From Candidatus Nezhaarchaeales archaeon (GTDB lineage: Archaea; Thermoproteota; Methanomethylicia; Nezhaarchaeales; B40-G2): DNA of 54,836 nt. Location: NCBI GenBank assembly GCA_038894875.1, contig JAWAOK010000001.1, positions 1 to 54,836 on the forward strand, given 5' to 3'. Of the stretch, positions 49,222 to 54,836 are shown one piece after another. Numbering within the stretch: position 1 is the first letter of the stretch; the number at the start of each line of letters is the position of its first letter. The notes under the pieces are model-generated. The model was given only the letters and a program-made list of their open reading frames with translations. It searched no databases and was not told the origin of the DNA. Made by a program: the position numbers and the translations under genes.

Positions 49222-51663
49222 ATAATTACTTAAAGGCGGAGCCTTTAAGTTTGGCGTTTTAATTATGTAAGTAGCTGAGCCTATTTTAATTGCGTTTGGT
49301 GGCGGTGACTCGAAGCGTAGCTCTTTAATCTTATGCATAGCTTGAAGGTCCTTAGCCATATCTGCCAGTTCTGGTGGCGCATAAACGGTGGTGTTTAAGG
49401 GAGAGGTAAGGGAGATTCTATTTACCTTCTTTAATTGCCATATCGTGGAGTTAAACTCCATGAAGATCTGGGTTACTTTGAGGGGGCCCATCCCCCATTC
49501 ATAGTTTATGTTAGGAAAGGACTGCACATGAATGCTTCCTTGTCTCAGCCGCCTCCACAAGGCATCAGTCACGAAGGGACAGATGGGCGCTAGTAATTTC
49601 AATACGACTTCGAGGCAAGTATGTAAAGTGTACCAGGCCCCGCGCTGTTCCTCTACAGAAAAGGCCCCCTCTGTATTATAGGCCCTCGGCTTTACTGCCT
49701 CTAGGTAATGGTCAGCTAAGAAGTTCCAGGTATAATTCCTCACGATGTTGGCTGTGACAAAGAAGTCCATCCTGTCACAGGCTTCTCGACTCTCTCTAAT
49801 TACATAGTTCAGTTCAGCGAGGGCTACAAGGTCTAACTTAGATAACTTAAAGGTGGATGTAGGTTTGGGGAAGCTGGATATGAACCTTGCAATATTCCAA
49901 AGCTTTGTTAAGAAGAGCCTAGCTGACTTAACACGACTCTCAGAAAAGCGGTAGTTGCTGCCGAGCTTGCTCTCGGCAGCGCACCACAATCTAAATGCAT
50001 CAGCTCCATAGGCTTCTAGAATAGGCCAGGGGTAGATAACGTTCCCTTTAGACTTATGCATAGCCTCACCGCGTTCATCAAGTCCCATTCCTGAGAGCCT
50101 TACGTAACGGAAAGCCGGCTTATCAAGTAATAGCAACACCTTTAACAGAGAATAGTAAAGCCAAGTCCTAACTATATCTATTCCTTGAGGGCGAAGGGAG
50201 CAAGGAAAGGCTTTGGAGAAGAGCTCCTCATCGCGCATGAAACCAGTTATGTAAAGTTCTGAGCCACTTGAGTCCATCCAAGTGTCAAATGTACGCTCTT
50301 CACCGATAAACTCCCTAGAGCCACATTCGCAGTGATCGAACGGAGGGGGCTCCTTCCAGGGCCTGTAGTAGCGTCCAGGCGGTGGCAGTTGGGGCCTTCC
50401 GCAGGCTTTACAGTACCATATAGGAATTTCGGTGCCGTAAAAGCGCCTTCGCGAGATCGGCCAGTCGGCTGATATAGAGTTTATCCAGTCAATCAGCAGC
50501 TGTTTGTGTTCTGGTGGATAGAACTCTATTTCATCTATAATTTCCAGCAGCCTTTTCTTAAATTCTAATTGTTTTAAGTAGAACTCGGTGGTTGTTACGA
50601 ACTCCACCGGATCTTTTGACCTCCAGCATACTGGGGTCTGATGCTTAATACGCTCTCTTCGCTCAATCAAGTTCATCCTCTCTAGATCTTCTATTATTCT
50701 CCGCCTGGCCTCTTCTACTGTTAAGCCGGCGTAGGGCCCTGCCAAATCGTTCATCCTACCATCAACATTAATAGCGATCTTAGCCTTAAGCCCTAGTTCT
50801 CTAAACAATCTCACATCTCCGCGGTCCCCAAAAGAACATAGCATAACCAACCCCGTGCCAAACTCAGGCCTGGCATAGTTGTGGGCGATAATGGGGACCG
50901 TCTGACCGTAAATAGGGACGATGGCAGATAGACCCCCTAAATGTGTATAGCGTTGATCAGAGGGATTGAAGAGGACGGCGGCACATGTACAAAGAAGCTC
51001 TGGCCTAGTAGTAGCTATGACTATATATTTGTCTGTCTCTTTAACCTTAAACTTGATGTAAACGAGTTCAGTTTCGCGCTCTTCATACTCGACTTCAGCG
51101 TCGGCTATCGTCGTACGACAACCTGGACACCAATTAGTGGGTCTATCGGCCTGGTAAACTAGGCCGCGCTTCCACAGCTCTATGAATGTAGCTTGAGTGA
51201 AGGCCCTAAAGTCCGGGCTATCGGTCCGGTAGTATTTCTTAAAATCGCAACTGAGGCCGAGTCTTCTTGCTATACGAAGAATGTCGTGCTCGACTTTGTC
51301 TAGGAAATCTGAGCATAGCTTTAAGAAGTTCTCACGGTCCACTTCATGAGATTTTATGCGATACTCTCGCTCGACCTGAACTTCGACCGGAAGCCCGTTT
51401 CTGTCAATACCGAATGGGAAAAGAACTTCGTACCCATTCATCCTAAAGTATCGTGCAACCATGTCTATTTGAGCGTAATGGGCAGCAGCACCTACATGCC
51501 AAGGGCCAGAAGGATAGGGTGGAGGAGTGTCTATGGAAAATATCGGTTTCCCGCTTGAAGGATTGAAGCGATAGAGGTCCTCTTCTTCCCACTTCCTTAG
51601 AAGCTCCTCCTCTATACGATGATCCCATCGCGCTTCGCTAATGCTGGGCTTAAAGTCCATCAC
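49201..51663 (-). CDS. valS: Valyl-tRNA synthetase
   Basis: Contains DTPPPYPSGPWHVGAA, NWCPGCRTTIADAEVEY and the KMSKS-type MHKSKGN. The last 6 codons and the stop lie inside tRNA-Ala. Confidence 0.92.
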   Translation of the reverse strand: MMDFKPSISEARWDHRIEEELLRKWEEEDLYRFNPSSGKPIFSIDTPPPYPSGPWHVGAAAHYAQIDMVARYFRMNGYEVLFPFGIDRNGLPVEVQVEREYRIKSHEVDRENFLKLCSDFLDKVEHDILRIARRLGLSCDFKKYYRTDSPDFRAFTQATFIELWKRGLVYQADRPTNWCPGCRTTIADAEVEYEERETELVYIKFKVKETDKYIVIATTRPELLCTCAAVLFNPSDQRYTHLGGLSAIVPIYGQTVPIIAHNYARPEFGTGLVMLCSFGDRGDVRLFRELGLKAKIAINVDGRMNDLAGPYAGLTVEEARRRIIEDLERMNLIERRERIKHQTPVCWRSKDPVEFVTTTEFYLKQLEFKKRLLEIIDEIEFYPPEHKQLLIDWINSISADWPISRRRFYGTEIPIWYCKACGRPQLPPPGRYYRPWKEPPPFDHCECGSREFIGEERTFDTWMDSSGSELYITGFMRDEELFSKAFPCSLRPQGIDIVRTWLYYSLLKVLLLLDKPAFRYVRLSGMGLDERGEAMHKSKGNVIYPWPILEAYGADAFRLWCAAESKLGSNYRFSESRVKSARLFLTKLWNIARFISSFPKPTSTFKLSKLDLVALAELNYVIRESREACDRMDFFVTANIVRNYTWNFLADHYLEAVKPRAYNTEGAFSVEEQRGAWYTLHTCLEVVLKLLAPICPFVTDALWRRLRQGSIHVQSFPNINYEWGMGPLKVTQIFMEFNSTIWQLKKVNRISLTSPLNTTVYAPPELADMAKDLQAMHKIKELRFESPPPNAIKIGSATYIIKTPNLKAPPLSNYGPVVQR

Positions 51664-51776
51664 GAGCCCCCTATCTCAACAGGTTGAAATAAAGCTAACC
51701 CTTGTTGTCCTTATTAGGCAGAGGCCGACTAAAAGTGTCCAGTTTGACGGTAGAAGATTAGCAGGGGGTTGCGAAA

Positions 51777-53042
51777 ATGGACAAAGCTGAGGCCCGTCGC
51801 TCTTCACTCGAGCGGTATAGGTTAGAGAAGCTAGTAAAGGAGCTTAAGCTCAAGCAAGGTAGAGGAACCGAGCTTATCTCGCTTTACATTCCGGCAGGCC
51901 GCCCCCTCTCAGATATAATGGACACTCTCCGCCAAGAGTATAGTACGGCACAAAATATTAAGGACAGAACCACGAGGCACCACGTCCTAGATGCATTGAT
52001 GAGTATCATGCAGAGGTTGAAATTGTTTAAGGAAACACCGCCAAACGGCCTAATTATCTTTGGTGGATACATCCCTCAAGGCCCTCCGGGAAGCGAAAAA
52101 ATGGAAGTCTATGTAATTGAACCCCCACAACCAATAGAGACCTTCCTCTACCGTTGCGATTCCAGATTTTATGTAGAGTTCTTAGAGGAGATGATAGCTG
52201 AAAAGGAGGTCTACGGGCTTATAGTCATAGATCGCTCAGAGGCAGTGTTTGCTGTCCTGCATGGTAGGCATTTAGAAATTCTAGAACATATAACGTCTGG
52301 CGTGCCAGGAAAGCATAGCGCTGGTGGACAATCAGCAAGGCGCTTTGAACGCGTCATCGAGCAGCTAGCCCATGAATTCTATAAACGAGCAGGAGAGTAC
52401 GCTAGGGAAGTCTTCAGCCCAATTAAGGAGCTAAGAGGGGTGCTAGTAGGTGGGCCTGGCCCAACAAAGCACTACTTCTTAGAGAAGGACTATCTCCCGG
52501 ATGACCTAAAGCGTAAAGTAGTGGCCGTAATAGATTTGGGCTATACGGGCGAAGAAGGCATATATGAACTTGTCGAAAAGGGTAAGGAGGCCCTTAAGGA
52601 CTTAAGATATGTTCGTGAGAAAGAGCTAGTGCAGAAGTTTCTGTACTATCTAGCCAAGAAGCCTGATCGTGTTGCATATGGTTATGAGGAGGTTAATAGC
52701 TACCTTACAAAAGGAGCCGTTGAGCTATTGTTAATTTCAGAAGACTTAGAGGCCAAGTTCATTAAAGCCTCCTGTAATAGTTGCGGTTGGATGGGGGAAG
52801 CAGTATTGAAGGCTGAGAAGGCGGAAGAACGCATAGCTTCATGGTCTACCTGCCCCAAATGCAATAACCCTACTTCTATCGAGCATAAGCCGGCAATCGA
52901 TTACTTTATTGAGGTGGCCGAGCTCTCGCGCACGCAGGTGGAGGTAATATCTACGGCCACTGAGGAGGGGAGGGGCCTTAAGGAATCTTTCGGAGGAGTC
53001 GTGGCCATTCTACACTACTCAAAGGAGCACGCCTCTCAATAG
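51777..53042 (+). CDS. prf1: Peptide chain release factor aRF1
   Basis: Contains the NIKS-type TAQNIKDRTTR, the GGQ motif HSAGGQSARRF, and a C-domain Zn-ribbon insert CNSCGW...CPKCNN. Confidence 0.95.
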   Translation: MDKAEARRSSLERYRLEKLVKELKLKQGRGTELISLYIPAGRPLSDIMDTLRQEYSTAQNIKDRTTRHHVLDALMSIMQRLKLFKETPPNGLIIFGGYIPQGPPGSEKMEVYVIEPPQPIETFLYRCDSRFYVEFLEEMIAEKEVYGLIVIDRSEAVFAVLHGRHLEILEHITSGVPGKHSAGGQSARRFERVIEQLAHEFYKRAGEYAREVFSPIKELRGVLVGGPGPTKHYFLEKDYLPDDLKRKVVAVIDLGYTGEEGIYELVEKGKEALKDLRYVREKELVQKFLYYLAKKPDRVAYGYEEVNSYLTKGAVELLLISEDLEAKFIKASCNSCGWMGEAVLKAEKAEERIASWSTCPKCNNPTSIEHKPAIDYFIEVAELSRTQVEVISTATEEGRGLKESFGGVVAILHYSKEHASQ

Positions 53043-53089
53043 ATGCATGCTGCTTAAAACCGGGTAGCCCTAGGTAGAACTGGATAAAG

Positions 53090-53770
53090 TTGAAACTTTC
53101 AATTAAGATTGGCGGTCATGTCCTTTATGAGGGAGGGGAGCTAATAGCCAATAGGCTACTAAGCTATGCCTCTATCCTTAAGAAGATGTATTGGCTAGGG
53201 CACTCGCTTTGTGTAGTGATTGGAGGAGGGGAGCCGGCTAGGCGCTTTATCGAAGTTGCTAAGAGGGTTGGATGTAACGAAGCAATATGTGATGAGATAG
53301 GCATAGGCATATCTAGGATAAATGCCTTAATCTTCGCCTCACTGTTGGGCGACGATGCCTATCCTTCAATTCCTTCCAATTACTTTGAGGCGAAGGAGGC
53401 CCTCTCTTCAGGGAAAATTGTTGTATGCGGAGGATTTCAGCCAGGACAATCAACAGTTGCAGTGGCAGCATCAATGGCCGAGTTGATGAGGGCTGACTTG
53501 TTGGTAGTAGCCACCGACGTAGATGGGGTATACAGTGCTGATCCTAAGGAGGATCCTAAGGCCGTAAAGTTAACTAAGCTGACTTACCGAGATCTCGAAA
53601 AATTCTTGACGTTTAAAGCTGAGGCAGGGACTTATAAGCTCTTTGACTTACTAGCAATTAAGATTCTAGAGAGGGCTAAGATTCCTACGGTAGTTGTTGA
53701 CGGGAGGGATCCCTCCGTCCTTTTTAAGATACTTGAAGGAGAGGCGGTGGGATCCTTAATTGTGGCTTAG
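53090..53770 (+). CDS. pyrH: UMP kinase, archaeal type
   Basis: Contains KIGGHV, VVIGGGEPAR, CGGFQPGQSTVAVAA and ATDVDGVYSADP. The start is TTG. Confidence 0.85.
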   Translation: MKLSIKIGGHVLYEGGELIANRLLSYASILKKMYWLGHSLCVVIGGGEPARRFIEVAKRVGCNEAICDEIGIGISRINALIFASLLGDDAYPSIPSNYFEAKEALSSGKIVVCGGFQPGQSTVAVAASMAELMRADLLVVATDVDGVYSADPKEDPKAVKLTKLTYRDLEKFLTFKAEAGTYKLFDLLAIKILERAKIPTVVVDGRDPSVLFKILEGEAVGSLIVA

Positions 53771-54836
53771 GCCTTCTGCTTCTCAAGGATTGCGTAAAAG
53801 AAGCCGGGCGTATCATGTAAATGTGGGTAAAAACGTCTAGCGTAGAGCCCCTGTTCTCCATGTAATAGCGAAGGAGAGCCGTAAAGCCACTCATGCTTAG
53901 ATACTGCTAGTCCAAGCTCCCTCTCTGCATAATCAATGATGCGCTCATTTTCCTCAATCGTTAGGGTACAAGTTGAGTAAAGGATGCGCCCACCCCTCTT
54001 GACCAGCCTAGAAGCCACTTTAATAAACTGTTTTTGATACTCTGCCAACGATTTGACGATGTCCAAGTTTAATTCCACCTTAAGTTTAGGCCTGACCCCT
54101 AACGCGCTACATGGAGGATCCACTATAGCGACGTCAAAGCTCTCCTTAGGCAGCTCTAAGTCAAGATATCTCGAATCTCTTTGCAGGACCATAACGTTTG
54201 ACATTTTCATTCTTGCTAGGTTCTCCTCAAGCCGTTCCACTTTCTTCCTAGACCTATCTACGGCTACTATCAAGCCCCTTCCTTCCATAAGTTGGTAAGC
54301 GTGGCTTACCTTGCCTCCGGGAGAGGCAGTTAGGTCTATGAGGCGTTGGCCGGGCTTTACCTCAAGAGCTCTAACAGCTACCATAGATGGAAGCGATTGC
54401 GGATAGATCAAGCCCAGCTGATAAGGCTCTGTAGACCTCAGGCTGGGCACTCTAAACTTTGACGTTAGCACTTTTACTGCTAACCCATGTCTTATACGTA
54501 GTAGGTCGGTGCTGCTCACATTGGCTATGCCTATTGCTATCAAACTTCCGTCCTCGAATCTGATCGCTACACGCTCACCCCTAGACACGCCGCTCATCTT
54601 CTTCACACCAGGCACATATACATCAGCTCCCATGAGCACCGACTCAGCAGTGAACCTATCAACGATAACTTCCTTCAAACTCAAGGCCTCGTCTTCATTT
54701 AGGTCCTGCTCTTTGACCTCCAAATATATCGCCTCTGGGATGTCCGCGCCGTGCGGTCTAGCCTCAAACCCATAATTCTCAAACCAAATAATTAAATCCT
54801 CAGGTTGGGCCAATAGGGTATTTACCCTCAAGAAAT
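53767..54836 (-). CDS. NOL1/NOP2/Sun-family RNA cytosine-C5 methyltransferase with a PUA domain; the 5' end probably lies outside the window
   Basis: Contains the SAM motif IDLTASPGGK, the catalytic DPPCSALG and TCT(L) motifs, and a PUA-like segment (GERVAIRFEDGSLIAIGIA). The conserved (F)LRVNTL motif sits at the window edge with the frame still open. Confidence 0.8.
   Translation of the reverse strand, partial: FLRVNTLLAQPEDLIIWFENYGFEARPHGADIPEAIYLEVKEQDLNEDEALSLKEVIVDRFTAESVLMGADVYVPGVKKMSGVSRGERVAIRFEDGSLIAIGIANVSSTDLLRIRHGLAVKVLTSKFRVPSLRSTEPYQLGLIYPQSLPSMVAVRALEVKPGQRLIDLTASPGGKVSHAYQLMEGRGLIVAVDRSRKKVERLEENLARMKMSNVMVLQRDSRYLDLELPKESFDVAIVDPPCSALGVRPKLKVELNLDIVKSLAEYQKQFIKVASRLVKRGGRILYSTCTLTIEENERIIDYAERELGLAVSKHEWLYGSPSLLHGEQGLYARRFYPHLHDTPGFFYAILEKQKA

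Overview
This is a densely packed (>90% coding) core information-processing segment of an archaeal chromosome. It is most consistent with Thermoproteota/Crenarchaeota. The evidence is an unsplit rpoB with split rpoA'/rpoA'', the string rpoH-rpoB-rpoA'-rpoA''-L30e-NusA-S12-S7-EF1alpha-S10, and a PCNA-PriL-PriS-GINS block running into L44e-S27e-aIF2alpha-Nop10. Further markers are TFS, RpoL, Csl4, Dph2, SRP54, Pus10, L21e, RpoF, KsgA, L10e, aRF1, IleRS and ValRS. Many genes start with GTG or TTG, many neighbours overlap by 4 nt, and TATA-like boxes sit 25-40 nt upstream of starts. I support about 60 protein genes and 4 tRNA genes: Lys-CUU, Leu-UAA, Ser-UGA and Ala-CGC, the first three with introns at the canonical 37/38 position. 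I saw no rRNA, CRISPR array, transposase, integrase or obvious defence or toxin genes, so most of the window is ordinary housekeeping. Six things deserve a second look. (1) A tightly linked pair made of an uncharacterised protein with RNase H-fold (YqgF/RuvC-like) motifs and a Clp1/Grc3-family polynucleotide kinase. (2) An ~830 bp ORF-free, G>C-skewed island between the 3' ends of two convergent tRNA genes, carrying a same-orientation TAGTGAGG-type repeat array. (3) A 52-codon Cys4 zinc-ribbon gene too short to appear in the ORF track. (4) A perfect (ATG)11 microsatellite that encodes His11 on the minus strand. (5) The ValRS reading frame ending inside tRNA-Ala. (6) aIF2alpha, whose conserved N-terminus lies upstream of any canonical start codon. 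All functional calls rest on motif and family recognition by eye; no database search was run.
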